Under the pieces are notes generated by a model, which was not told where the DNA came from, ran no database searches, and was given only the letters and a program-made list of their open reading frames with translations. Source: an uncultured Bacilli bacterium (lineage in GTDB: Bacteria; Bacillota_I; Bacilli_A; RF39; UBA660). Taken from it: DNA of 60,212 nt. The number at the start of each line of letters is the position of its first letter. Positions within the stretch are counted from its first letter, which is position 1. A program made the position numbers and the translations under genes. Positions 9,682 to 19,772 of this stretch are shown here, piece after piece. The DNA lies in NCBI GenBank assembly GCA_910579535.1, contig CAJTUR010000004.1, positions 1-60,212 on the forward strand. The letters run 5' to 3'.

Positions 9682-10635
9682 GTGATGATTTTGAAAAATT
9701 TAAAAGTAATATTTATGGGAACCCCTGACTTTGCTGTTCCTATTTTAAAAGAATTAATAGATAAAACAAAAGTAGTTTTAGTAGTAACCCAGCCTGATAA
9801 ATTAGTAGGAAGAAAACAAATACTGACACCATCTCCTATCAAAAAATTAGCTTTAGAAAAGAAGATACCTCTATTTCAACCCAATAAAATTAGAGAAGAA
9901 TTCGATACCATTTTAAATACGGATGCAGATATTATTATTACTTGTGCTTATGGTCAAATTATTCCAAAATCTATATTGGATTACCCAAAATTAGGTTGTA
10001 TTAATGTACATGCCTCTCTTCTCCCAAAATACCGAGGAGGAGCTCCAATTCATTGGTGTTTAATAAATGGGGACGAAAAAACAGGCATCACGATTATGTA
10101 TATGGCTGAAAAAATGGACAATGGCGACATCATTACTCAGAAAGATTATAAAATAGAACCAAGTGATAATGTGGGAACGCTTCATGAAAAATTAAGTGAA
10201 ATAGGAGCCCAATTGTTAATTCAAACTTTACCGAGTATTATAAATGGAACGAATCAAAAAATTGCTCAAGAAGAAAGCAATGTTACATACGCTTATAACA
10301 TTAAAAGAGAAGAAGAGCGCTTAGATTTTAAAAAAACAGGAAAAGAAGTAATAAATCAAATTCGAGGCTTAAATCCATGGCCTTTAGCCAATTTTCTTTT
10401 AGAAAATCAAGAATATAAAGTTCTAGAAGCACGATTTTTAAAAAAAGAACACAAAGAAGAAATAGGAAAAATAATTGAAATCACTAAACAAAATTTTGGT
10501 ATCACGTGTCAAGATGGTATTCTTTATATAGAAAAAATAAAACCTTTTGGTAAAAAAGAAATGGTAATTAAAGACTATTTAAACGGAATAAATAAAGAAG
10601 AAATAATAAATAAAGTTGTAAATAAAGAGGATTAA
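9682..10635 (+). CDS. fmt: methionyl-tRNA formyltransferase
   Basis: IFMGTPDFAVPIL, VVTQPD, NVHASLLPKYRGGAPI motifs. The start may instead be TTG 9691. Confidence 0.9.
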   Translation: MMILKNLKVIFMGTPDFAVPILKELIDKTKVVLVVTQPDKLVGRKQILTPSPIKKLALEKKIPLFQPNKIREEFDTILNTDADIIITCAYGQIIPKSILDYPKLGCINVHASLLPKYRGGAPIHWCLINGDEKTGITIMYMAEKMDNGDIITQKDYKIEPSDNVGTLHEKLSEIGAQLLIQTLPSIINGTNQKIAQEESNVTYAYNIKREEERLDFKKTGKEVINQIRGLNPWPLANFLLENQEYKVLEARFLKKEHKEEIGKIIEITKQNFGITCQDGILYIEKIKPFGKKEMVIKDYLNGINKEEIINKVVNKED

Positions 10636-10648
10636 TAGGTACGCTGAA

Positions 10649-11092
10649 GTGATAAAAAATATAGAAAATCAATTACCTAAAGAAGAAATAGACTTTCTTA
10701 AAGGAAAAAAACTACACTTAGGCATTTTTACAGATCCTTTTCTAACCTTTATGTTAGAAGGAAAGAAAACGATAGAATCAAGATTCACCAAAAATAAAAT
10801 CATACCTTACAATAAAATAGAAAAGGAAGACATTGTTTTTGTAAAAAAATCAAGTGGGCCCATTATAGCCTATTTTAAAGTAAAAGAAGTTTTATTTTTC
10901 AATTTAAAGGAAACACCCATTGAAAAAATAAAAGAAAAATATAGTGAACAACTTTGCGTAAATAAAACTTTTTGGGAATCAAAAAAAGAAAGCCGTTACG
11001 CTACTTTAATTTTTATTGATAAACTTGTAAAATTAAAGCCTTTTTCCATTCATAAAAAAGGAATGCAGACATGGCTTATATTAGTGAAATAA
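10649..11092 (+). CDS. ASCH (PUA-like) domain protein
   Basis: 147 aa; FLTFMLEGKKTIESRF ... DIVFVKKSSGPIIAYFKVKEV pattern typical of ASCH domains; GTG start. Confidence 0.55.
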   Translation: MIKNIENQLPKEEIDFLKGKKLHLGIFTDPFLTFMLEGKKTIESRFTKNKIIPYNKIEKEDIVFVKKSSGPIIAYFKVKEVLFFNLKETPIEKIKEKYSEQLCVNKTFWESKKESRYATLIFIDKLVKLKPFSIHKKGMQTWLILVK

Positions 11093-11132
11093 GGTTGAAA
11101 TAAAAAATGTTACGAATTGGAGAATTTAGAAA

Positions 11133-11687
11133 ATGAAAAAGAATTATTTGTTAGCACATGGAAGTTTTGGCAGTCCTTTTGTTAATTGGTTGCCTTATTT
11201 AAGAAAAGAAATCGAAAGTAAAAATTTAGAAGTTTATACCCCAGACTTTCCAACAGGAGTAGGGAAACAAAATTATGAGAATTGGTCAAAACTATTAAAA
11301 ACGTACGTGGAAGCAAAGGTGTTAAATGAAAAGACAATAATAATAGCCCATTCCATTGCCCCAATCTTTATCTGTAAATTTTTAGTAGAAAATAAAATAA
11401 AAGTAAAGCGATTAGTTTTTGTTTGTGGTTTCAATAATTATCTGGGAATCGATAAAGAATACGATACAGTAAATGAAAGCATGTATTTTGATAATCTTAA
11501 CGAGATAAAAAATTATTGTGATGACATCGTTTGTTTTTATTCTGATAATGACCCTTACGTAAAATATGAAGCCGAAAAAAAATTTGCGGACACAATAACT
11601 AAAAATCAAATTTTGATTCGGGGGGGGGGTCATCTAAATTCAGAAAGTGGGTATACAGAATTTCCTGAATTACTAAAATATTTATAA
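11133..11687 (+). CDS. YdeN/RBBP9-family alpha/beta serine hydrolase
   Basis: 184 aa; LLAHGSFGSP, nucleophile elbow IIIAHSIAP, SDNDPYV and C-terminal GGGH. Contains the G10 tract. Confidence 0.7.
   Translation: MKKNYLLAHGSFGSPFVNWLPYLRKEIESKNLEVYTPDFPTGVGKQNYENWSKLLKTYVEAKVLNEKTIIIAHSIAPIFICKFLVENKIKVKRLVFVCGFNNYLGIDKEYDTVNESMYFDNLNEIKNYCDDIVCFYSDNDPYVKYEAEKKFADTITKNQILIRGGGHLNSESGYTEFPELLKYL
11620..11629 (+). repeat. G10 homopolymer inside the YdeN-family CDS
   Basis: cGG GGG GGG GGt encodes R-G-G-G immediately before the putative catalytic His. Confidence 0.95.
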
Positions 11688-11859
11688 TTTATAAAGAATT
11701 ATACTCAAATTTTGATAAAATATTTTAAGTTTTAAAAGATGAAATTAACCCTAAAGCGTATAAAATTTATTAACCAATATTACAAAAGAAGACAAAAAAG
11801 TCTTTTTTTCTCTAATAGACGAAAAAAAAGAAATTTGATATACTAATAATGGTGAATTT

Positions 11860-12882
11860 ATGAATAATATTTATGGCTCGACAAGAGAAGAATTGGAAAA
11901 TTATTTTCTAACCAATGACGAAAAAAAATTTAAAGCCCTACAAGTCTTTGAATGGTTGTACCAAAAAAAAGAAAAGAATATCGACCATTTTACCAATTTA
12001 AAAAAAGAACTTAGAGAGAAAATGAAATTAAATTTTTCTTTTTCCATGCCTAAAATTATTCGTATAGAAAAAGACACGTTAACAAGAAAATATTTATTTG
12101 AATTAGAAGATAAAAACTACATTGAAAGCGTCATTATGTTTCATGATTATGGCATAAGTATTTGTGTATCCAGTCAAGTCGGCTGTAACATGGGGTGTCG
12201 TTTTTGTGAATCAGGAAGACTAAAAAAAGTAAGAAACTTAGAAACTTATGAAATCGTAAGTCAACTTCTTTTAATTGAAGATGACTTAAAAATGCGTATT
12301 TCATCCGTTGTGATAATGGGAATAGGAGAGCCTTTAGACAATTATGAAAACATCATTAAATTTATTAAAATCATTAATGATGCCAAAGGACTGGCTATAG
12401 GCATTCGTCATATCACACTCTCAACCAGTGGCTTAGTACCTAAAATTTATGATTTAATGCATGAAGAATTAGGAATAAACCTTGCCATCTCTTTGCATGC
12501 TCCAAACGATGAAATTAGAAACCAAATCATGAAAGTAAACGAAGTGTATAATATAAGTCAATTACTTGACTCTGTAAGAGACTATATTGCACATACCAAT
12601 AGACGAGTAACCATAGAATATGTTATGCTTAAAGGGATAAATGATAATAAGACGTGTGCCATAGAACTCGCTGAAAAATTAAAAGGAATGAACATTTATG
12701 TGAATTTAATTCCCTATAATGAAACCAATCATTTAGAATTCAAAAAAAGTGATGTCAAAACCATAAGTGAGTTTTGCAAGACTTTAAAAGAATTAGGCAT
12801 CAATGTGACCATTCGTAAAGAATTTGGAAGCAAGATTTCAGCGGCATGCGGTCAACTTAGAAGCAAAGAGGTGGGCTTATGA
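11860..12882 (+). CDS. rlmN: 23S rRNA/tRNA adenine-C2 methyltransferase (radical SAM)
   Basis: CVSSQVGCNMGCRFCESG (CxxxCxxC), GIGEPL, C-terminal ACGQL. The TGA stop overlaps the next ATG. Confidence 0.9.
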   Translation: MNNIYGSTREELENYFLTNDEKKFKALQVFEWLYQKKEKNIDHFTNLKKELREKMKLNFSFSMPKIIRIEKDTLTRKYLFELEDKNYIESVIMFHDYGISICVSSQVGCNMGCRFCESGRLKKVRNLETYEIVSQLLLIEDDLKMRISSVVIMGIGEPLDNYENIIKFIKIINDAKGLAIGIRHITLSTSGLVPKIYDLMHEELGINLAISLHAPNDEIRNQIMKVNEVYNISQLLDSVRDYIAHTNRRVTIEYVMLKGINDNKTCAIELAEKLKGMNIYVNLIPYNETNHLEFKKSDVKTISEFCKTLKELGINVTIRKEFGSKISAACGQLRSKEVGL

Positions 12883-13649
12883 AAACATTTTATTTAACCG
12901 ATGCTGGACGTGTCCGTAGCCATAACGAAGATTCTGTAACCATATTAAAAAACGCAAGCAACGAATATCTCCTTATGGTAGCAGATGGCATGGGAGGACA
13001 TCGTGCTGGTGAAGTTGCATCGAGTCTAGCCGTTACCCACATGGGAAAACGATTCAGTCACATGGCTTCGATTGGTTCAAAACTAGATGCCGTCAATTGG
13101 TTAAACGATAACGCCAGTGAAATCAATAATGAAATCATTGAATACGCAAAAGTCCATCCTGAAACCACAGGATTAGGAACCACATTAGTTTTAGCCATCT
13201 TAACCAAAGAATACTTGATTTTTGGAAACATTGGGGATTCCACTGGTTTTGTTTTAAAAAATGGCCATCTTCATCAAGTTACGAAACCTCATTCCCTAGT
13301 GAACTTACTTGTAGAAGCGGGTCAACTCACTGAAGAAGAAGCCAAATACCATCCCAAAAAAAATGTGCTGATGAAAGCATTAGGCGCCATGGAAAAAGTA
13401 GAACTGGATATATTTGATGTCGATTTAACAAGTGAAGCCATTTTATTATGTAGTGATGGTTTAACCAATATGCTCACAACCGAACAAATTGAAAAAGTAT
13501 TAAACGATGAATCTTTAGAAATGGAAGAAAAAGTCATAAAATTAATTCGTAAAAGTAACGCACGAGGGGGACAAGACAACATATCTGTGGCTTACTTAGT
13601 CATAAAGGAAAGTGGTGATACAAATGATAATGAAGGGGCAAAAGATTAG
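12879..13649 (+). CDS. stp: PP2C-family Ser/Thr phosphatase
   Basis: TDAGRVRSHNEDS, VADGMGGHRAGE, CSDGL, GGQDNISV motifs; sits upstream of the PASTA kinase. Confidence 0.9.
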   Translation: MKTFYLTDAGRVRSHNEDSVTILKNASNEYLLMVADGMGGHRAGEVASSLAVTHMGKRFSHMASIGSKLDAVNWLNDNASEINNEIIEYAKVHPETTGLGTTLVLAILTKEYLIFGNIGDSTGFVLKNGHLHQVTKPHSLVNLLVEAGQLTEEEAKYHPKKNVLMKALGAMEKVELDIFDVDLTSEAILLCSDGLTNMLTTEQIEKVLNDESLEMEEKVIKLIRKSNARGGQDNISVAYLVIKESGDTNDNEGAKD

Positions 13650-15384
13650 TGACCGTTACCAAATCATCAAATCCATTGGTGAAGGCGGTATGGCCAATGT
13701 CTACTTGGCCTACGATACCATACTCGATAGAAACGTTGCTGTAAAATTATTAAGAGGGGATTTATCTAGCGATGAAAAATTTGTTCGTCGTTTTAGAAGA
13801 GAAGCTTTATCCGCTAGTAGTTTAAACCATCCAAACATAGTTGAAGTTTATGATGTAGGAGAAGAGGGTGGAGACTATTACATCGTAATGGAATACATTG
13901 AAGGCAAACACCTTAAAGACTTAATAAAAAAACGAGGAAAACTAACCATCAGCGAAGTCGTGGACATTATGATGCAAATCACGGATGGAATGAGTTTGGC
14001 TCATGACTCCTACATCATTCATCGAGATATTAAACCTCAAAACATTATGATTTTAGAAAATGGATTAGTAAAAATTACGGACTTTGGCATTTCAACCGCT
14101 ATGAATGCCACACAACTGACTCAAACGAATTCTGTAATGGGAAGTGTCCATTACATTCCCCCCGAACAAGCAAGCGGTAAAGGCTCTAGTTTACAAAGCG
14201 ACATCTATTCAATGGGAATCGTTATGTATGAACTCTTGACAGGAAAACTTCCCTTTAGAGGAGACAATGCAGTAGAAATAGCTTTAAAACATCTAAAAGA
14301 ACCCATACCAAACATTAAAGAAGAATTACCAAGTTTACCAAACAGTCTCGTCAACATTATCTTAAAATCAACCGCTAAAAATCCTAAAAATCGTTATAAT
14401 GATGCAAGAGAAATGCATGAAGATTTAAAAACATGTTTAGAAGAAAACCGAGTAAAAGAACCCGTTCTCTCTTATAAACATCCTGAAAATAATTTTGATG
14501 ATAACAAAATTAATAAAATGCTTAAAGAAAATCCTAAAAAAGAAAGTGAAGGAGTGGTCCCTATAGCAAAGCAAATTACCAAAAATGATTTAAAAAAACA
14601 AAACAAACTTTTAATCATTCTAGCCGCTATTTTTACAGGTTTAGTTGTAATCATTACCTGTATAGTAGCATTAGTTCCAATAATAACGAAAGAAAGTGAA
14701 ATTTTAGTACCAGATGTCACCAACATGAGTATAAGTGAGGCCATTCAAGTCTTACAAGATAAAGGTTTTGTAGTGAGTGATGAACAACAAGAACAATCAA
14801 GTAGTGATGTAGCTGAAGGGCATATTATTAAAACCAATCCTTTAGCGGGAAGCAAACGAACCAAAAACACAGAAATCATGCTGTATGTCTCCATTGGTGA
14901 TACCAAGATTACCCTTGAAAACTATGTTGGCAAAAATTACTTAGAAGTAAAGGGTGCTTTAGAAGCCTTAGGACTTCAAGTCTTAATTGAAAAGAAAAAC
15001 GTCGAAAATCCAGATAGCGTAAAAGATGGAGAGATCATTGAACAATCTGTAGCTGGAGGAGAAAAATTATCAAGCGGAGACAACATTACTCTGTATATTC
15101 CAAATATAGTAAGCAAATACCCTAACTTTACGGAAGGATCGTATACCATTGAAGAAATACAAGCCTTTTGTGATGATTATGGTGTAAAATTAAAAATCGA
15201 AGAAGTCATGAATAGTGGTCAACCCGAAGGAACCATTTTAAGTCAAGATAAACCAGAAGGATTTACCATTCGTTCAGGTGTAACCCTAACCATAAAAGTA
15301 GCCAAAGGCACACCAGAAGAAGACCCAGATGGAGAAGCTTGTTACGATGATTTAGGAAATAAAATACCATGCAACAACAACTAA
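13612..15384 (+). CDS. prkC: Ser/Thr kinase with three PASTA repeats
   Basis: GEGGMANVY, HRDIKPQN, DFGIS, one TM helix, then three ~65-aa PASTA-like repeats. The real start is probably ATG 13624 or 13630. Confidence 0.9.
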   Translation: MVIQMIMKGQKISDRYQIIKSIGEGGMANVYLAYDTILDRNVAVKLLRGDLSSDEKFVRRFRREALSASSLNHPNIVEVYDVGEEGGDYYIVMEYIEGKHLKDLIKKRGKLTISEVVDIMMQITDGMSLAHDSYIIHRDIKPQNIMILENGLVKITDFGISTAMNATQLTQTNSVMGSVHYIPPEQASGKGSSLQSDIYSMGIVMYELLTGKLPFRGDNAVEIALKHLKEPIPNIKEELPSLPNSLVNIILKSTAKNPKNRYNDAREMHEDLKTCLEENRVKEPVLSYKHPENNFDDNKINKMLKENPKKESEGVVPIAKQITKNDLKKQNKLLIILAAIFTGLVVIITCIVALVPIITKESEILVPDVTNMSISEAIQVLQDKGFVVSDEQQEQSSSDVAEGHIIKTNPLAGSKRTKNTEIMLYVSIGDTKITLENYVGKNYLEVKGALEALGLQVLIEKKNVENPDSVKDGEIIEQSVAGGEKLSSGDNITLYIPNIVSKYPNFTEGSYTIEEIQAFCDDYGVKLKIEEVMNSGQPEGTILSQDKPEGFTIRSGVTLTIKVAKGTPEEDPDGEACYDDLGNKIPCNNN

Positions 15385-16217
15385 AAAGAGGAAAGATTAT
15401 TCGTATCATTAGTAATCTTTATACCGTTTTATTAGAAGAGAAAACATTAAACTGTCACGCTAGAGGTAAATTTCGTAAAGAAAAAATCACCCCTCTTGTA
15501 GGGGATTTTTGCTATATAGATGAAGAAAACCATTACATTTTAGAAATTGAACCCCGTAAAAATGTGTTAGAAAGACCAAACATTGCTAATATGGATTTCG
15601 CTCTTATTGTAACAAGCGTAAAACTTCCTGATTTAAGTTTAAAACTTTTAGATAAAACGCTTTCATTAATGCTCAGCAATAAAATTGAACCCATCATTTG
15701 CTTTACTAAATTGGATTTACTAAACGAAGAAGAAAAGCAAATCGAAAAAATCATCCACTATTACAAAGATTGTGAGTATAAAGTTGTAAAAAATACAGAA
15801 CTGGATAAAATAAAACGCCTTTTAAGTGGCAAACAAATAGTCGTGACAGGTCAAACAGGTGCGGGGAAATCAACCCTTTTAAATCAACTTTGTCCAAACT
15901 TGAAATTAAAAACCGATGAAATTTCTTTAGCTTTAGGAAGAGGAAAACATACAACAAGACATGTGGAGCTTTTTAAAATCGAAGACTTCTTCATCGCCGA
16001 TACTCCAGGATTTTCCGCTTTAGAAATTAAAGACATAGAAAAAGAAGACATAAAAGAAAGCTTTAAAGAATTCAGGCGTTATACTTGTCCTTTTAAAAAC
16101 TGTTTGCATGATAAAGAAAAAGACTGTCGTATCAAAGAGGCCGTCGAAAAAGAAGAAATATTACTGTCTAGGTATCAAAATTATTTAGATTTTATAAATA
16201 GAGAGAGGAGTGAATGA
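15369..16217 (+). CDS. rsgA: ribosome small-subunit biogenesis GTPase
   Basis: Circularly permuted GTPase (FTKLDL ... GQTGAGKSTLLN ... DTPGF) with a C-terminal Cys/His zinc cluster. Confidence 0.9.
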   Translation: MQQQLKRGKIIRIISNLYTVLLEEKTLNCHARGKFRKEKITPLVGDFCYIDEENHYILEIEPRKNVLERPNIANMDFALIVTSVKLPDLSLKLLDKTLSLMLSNKIEPIICFTKLDLLNEEEKQIEKIIHYYKDCEYKVVKNTELDKIKRLLSGKQIVVTGQTGAGKSTLLNQLCPNLKLKTDEISLALGRGKHTTRHVELFKIEDFFIADTPGFSALEIKDIEKEDIKESFKEFRRYTCPFKNCLHDKEKDCRIKEAVEKEEILLSRYQNYLDFINRERSE

Positions 16218-16876
16218 TGAAAACAGCCATTACTTTTTTAAAATGCAACCAAGGTTTTTTTAAAACCATAGATTTGATTAATGCCTCGTCCACCGATTAT
16301 ATTCACGTAGATGTCATCGATGGCTTATTCGCCGCCAATAAAACTTTTATTGATCAAAAAATGTTCCAATATTTAAAAGAAAGTCCAAAACCAAAAGATG
16401 TTCATTTAATGACATTACATTTAAAAAAATACATTGATGTTTATTCAAATCTAAATCCATTTAGTATCACTTATCAATTTGAAGCGACTACGAACCATCA
16501 AGAAACCATTAATTACATTAAAAGTAAAAATTGTAAAGTAGGTATTGCCATAAGTCCATTAACAGATTTAGAAGAATTAATACCTTACTTAAATCAAATA
16601 GATTTAGTTCTAGTCATGACCATCATCCCAGGGTATGGAGGTCAAAAATGTATTCCAGAAACCAAAGAACGCGTTGAAAAATTAGATCAAATAAGAAAAG
16701 AAAAAAAGTATACTTATTTAATCAGTGTAGATGGTGGAATAAATGACAAAACGATTGCTTACTTTAAAAATGCTCAGTTAGACATAGCAGTAAGTGGAAC
16801 TTATATAGTAAATAGTGAGTCTTTTGATAGACAAATCGAATCTTTAAAAAAGAACCAATCAGGAACCTTTTCTTGA
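16214..16876 (+). CDS. rpe: ribulose-phosphate 3-epimerase (divergent)
   Basis: IHVDVIDG, DVHLM, VLVMTIIPGYGGQK, SVDGGIN; conserved position after rsgA. Confidence 0.75.
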   Translation: MMKTAITFLKCNQGFFKTIDLINASSTDYIHVDVIDGLFAANKTFIDQKMFQYLKESPKPKDVHLMTLHLKKYIDVYSNLNPFSITYQFEATTNHQETINYIKSKNCKVGIAISPLTDLEELIPYLNQIDLVLVMTIIPGYGGQKCIPETKERVEKLDQIRKEKKYTYLISVDGGINDKTIAYFKNAQLDIAVSGTYIVNSESFDRQIESLKKNQSGTFS

Positions 16877-16958
16877 TTTTTTTCTTTTTCTTTAAACTTT
16901 ACTTTTCTTTGTAATTCGTTATAATAATTTAAAACAGGGAGAGGTGTGAGAAAGGACT

Positions 16959-18005
16959 ATGGATTCAGAAAAAATCGGAAAATTTATAAAACAACTTCGT
17001 GAAGAAAAAAACTGGACTCAAGAACAATTAGCTGAAAAAATGTTTTGTGAGCGTTCTAAAATATATAAATTAGAGAATGGCAAACGCAATTTCAAATTAG
17101 AAGATCTAATTTTATTAGGTGAAATCTTTAATGTGAATTTAGAAGAATTAATTGGTGGAGAAAAGAAGACTAAAAAGAATCAAGAAATAATAGAGATAAC
17201 TTTTAAAAAATATTTAAAATCCCAAAATACAAAACTAAAAAGATTAAAAGTAAGTTTGGTGAGCTTAGTCCTAGCTTTGGGCTTAGTTGTAAGTTTAATT
17301 TTGTCTATGTATTTTTTTAATAATTACAAAAGTATTAGAATCTATCATGTTGATGGTCGTTCTAAAAATTATCAATTAGATAATGGACTATTGGTTTTAT
17401 CTAAAGATAAAATCTATCTTGATATAGGAAAGATAAATCCTAATGCAAAAGAAATCTCAATTTATAGTGAGAAAAATAATACAAGAACTTTAGTCTATAA
17501 AGGGGAACCCAATCATTTACTATATGATTTTTATGGTTATGAAGCATTAATTTCATATAAAGATTTTATAGAACAAAAACAAGATTTGTATGTCATCATT
17601 AATAATGAAGAAATAAAATTAAATTTTTTAGAAGAATTCAATAATGATAAATTTCATTATTCAGAGACAGAAAAAATGGGAACCAATAGTCAGGAAAAAG
17701 TTTTTACAATCCCTACTAAAATAAAAGAAAATTTTATATGTGATGAAAATACTTGTAGTTTAGTGACAAAAAATGAATTAATGAGTTTTGCAGTAAATAT
17801 TTTAGTTATTCAAAATAAAGATTCAATTTATACGTATGATGTTGAAACAAATTCGTTATTTTATGAAAATGAAAAAAATAATACCTTAAACTTTAGGGGT
17901 AAAATAGAGAACAATAAATTTTATTGCCTATCTGGAAATTGTAAAAATGGAGAAAAAATCTATCCGAAATTTGAAAAATCGTATTTAAAAAAGTATTTAA
18001 ATTAA
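16959..18005 (+). CDS. membrane-anchored XRE-family HTH regulator with extracytoplasmic C-terminal domain
   Basis: N-terminal HTH_3 (IGKFIKQLREEKNWTQEQLAEKMFCERSKIYKLENGKRN), TM helix VSLVSLVLALGLVVSLILSMYFF, then an unassigned ~220-aa domain. Confidence 0.75.
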   Translation: MDSEKIGKFIKQLREEKNWTQEQLAEKMFCERSKIYKLENGKRNFKLEDLILLGEIFNVNLEELIGGEKKTKKNQEIIEITFKKYLKSQNTKLKRLKVSLVSLVLALGLVVSLILSMYFFNNYKSIRIYHVDGRSKNYQLDNGLLVLSKDKIYLDIGKINPNAKEISIYSEKNNTRTLVYKGEPNHLLYDFYGYEALISYKDFIEQKQDLYVIINNEEIKLNFLEEFNNDKFHYSETEKMGTNSQEKVFTIPTKIKENFICDENTCSLVTKNELMSFAVNILVIQNKDSIYTYDVETNSLFYENEKNNTLNFRGKIENNKFYCLSGNCKNGEKIYPKFEKSYLKKYLN

Positions 18006-18084
18006 AAAGATTAAGTAAATGAGCCAAAAAAGCTCGTTACTTTTTTTTGGAATAATGTTATGTTTTTGGAAAGGAGAGAAGGAT

Positions 18085-18807
18085 ATGTATAAAAAAATTT
18101 TGTGTAGTTTTATTTTAGTTTGTGTCTTATGTTTTTATGAGGTAAACGCTAAAGAAAATTTTTATCAAAATAATAAAGAAGTGATTCTAACGAAAGAAGA
18201 ATATGAATTTATTTCTGAATTATACTGGAATGGATATCAAGATTATTTAACGATGGAAGAGTATCTAGATTTAAAAAATAGGGATTTATTTAATCAAAAA
18301 GTTGAAACTAGAATTCAGGAAATAGAGAATCATTCTTTAACTAGAAGTACCGAAGTAACAACAAACTTAAGAAATTTAAAAATTTCAAAAGTGTGTTCAA
18401 ATAGTTGTACTTTAACTTTAACCATTACTTTTATAGGAACACCAACAGTAAAAAGTTATGATGTGTTAGGAGTACGAACTGAAAATGTAACCATAAGTCG
18501 AATTGATCATGCGAAAGTTATTGGAGATGGCTACATTAAAGAATACGATAATCCTCAAAAATTTAATAATGGTTTTGGATATTCTTTACTTTTACCAAAT
18601 GTAGGCAATGTAAAAGCAGTCGTTACTTTTAAAACTTCAAAAGGTGGAAATGTATATGGAAGTTATCAGCACACAATGAGAAATACAACTGAAAATATTA
18701 GTAAACAATATTCTATTAATGAAAATGGATTTGGACGAGTATTTGATTTTACTGGAACAACTAGAAATATTTATGATAATGCTCCTGGTGTAGATATTGC
18801 AGTTTAA
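18085..18807 (+). CDS. secreted hypothetical protein
   Basis: Start moved to ATG 18085 (GGAGAGAAGG RBS). Signal peptide MYKKILCSFILVCVLCFYEVNA. No recognisable family. Confidence 0.6.
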   Translation: MYKKILCSFILVCVLCFYEVNAKENFYQNNKEVILTKEEYEFISELYWNGYQDYLTMEEYLDLKNRDLFNQKVETRIQEIENHSLTRSTEVTTNLRNLKISKVCSNSCTLTLTITFIGTPTVKSYDVLGVRTENVTISRIDHAKVIGDGYIKEYDNPQKFNNGFGYSLLLPNVGNVKAVVTFKTSKGGNVYGSYQHTMRNTTENISKQYSINENGFGRVFDFTGTTRNIYDNAPGVDIAV

Positions 18808-18911
18808 ATAAGTTAATTTGTATTTAGATATAAAAGAAAGGTTCTAGGTGGTAAATGAATTAAAAAAATAAGAAGGTTTTGGTGAGAATAAAGGTTATAG
18901 AAGGAGAAAAA

Positions 18912-19664
18912 ATGAAAAAAAATAAAATAATCATGATATTTATATTTGTATTATTTAGTGTTGTTAATGTAAACGCATCTTGCAATAAATATTCTGAAGA
19001 AGAATTGAATTATATAATAAATAATTCAAATCCAAAAGACTTAGATTTATCTTGTTCAAAAGGAAGCATATTTACCCAAGATTATTTAGAAAGTATTGAA
19101 GCCTCATTAAAGGATATTATGAATAATGAACCAAGTATTTCTCCACGTTATTATGTTGATCCAGTTTTAAATATTACTCCCATTCAACAAGAAAAAAGTA
19201 ATTATTGTGGACCAGCAAATGTAAAAATGGTTCTACAGTATCTAAATGGTTCTTCATTATCACAAACCAATTACGCTAATTCAATGGGAACAGCTTCTAA
19301 TGGCACAGGTGTAGAGCAAGTTTTAAATGAATTAAATAAATATAGTCCAAAAAGGTATCAAAAGGTTAATTATATTTCTCAGGATACATTTAAGTCTATT
19401 ATAGACAATAATATTGCTAATAATAAACCAATTATTTTGCATGCTCAAACTAAATCCTTAACTAAATATAATGGGCATGCAACAGGTCACTATTTAACAA
19501 TAAGAGGTCATAGTTTAAGATTGCCAAGTATTACAGTCGATAATGTTCATTATGTAGATTCTAATAATCAAAACTATGGTAATGGAAGTACTTTTGGGTA
19601 TCAATATGATAACTTTTCGAATGTTTATGAGACTATTTCTGGATGGCGATATGTAATATATTAA
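18912..19664 (+). CDS. secreted C39-like (papain-fold) cysteine peptidase domain protein
   Basis: Start moved to ATG 18912 (GAAGGAGAAAAA RBS). Signal peptide MKKNKIIMIFIFVLFSVVNVNA. SNYCGPANVKMVLQYL (Cys) and GHATGHYLTIRGH (His) resemble Peptidase_C39_2. Confidence 0.6.
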   Translation: MKKNKIIMIFIFVLFSVVNVNASCNKYSEEELNYIINNSNPKDLDLSCSKGSIFTQDYLESIEASLKDIMNNEPSISPRYYVDPVLNITPIQQEKSNYCGPANVKMVLQYLNGSSLSQTNYANSMGTASNGTGVEQVLNELNKYSPKRYQKVNYISQDTFKSIIDNNIANNKPIILHAQTKSLTKYNGHATGHYLTIRGHSLRLPSITVDNVHYVDSNNQNYGNGSTFGYQYDNFSNVYETISGWRYVIY

Positions 19665-19772
19665 ATTTTAATTAAGAAAGGGTCAAAAGGACTCTTTTTA
19701 TTGTCTTGTATGATATAATAAAAAAAATAGTAATTGTACATTTAAATTATCATAAGAAAGTGAGGATTATAA

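Noticed and set aside
14155-14161. C6 run in prkC, considered as another homopolymer switch.
   Set aside because: It is too short for appreciable slippage and encodes the conserved IPPE segment of the kinase.
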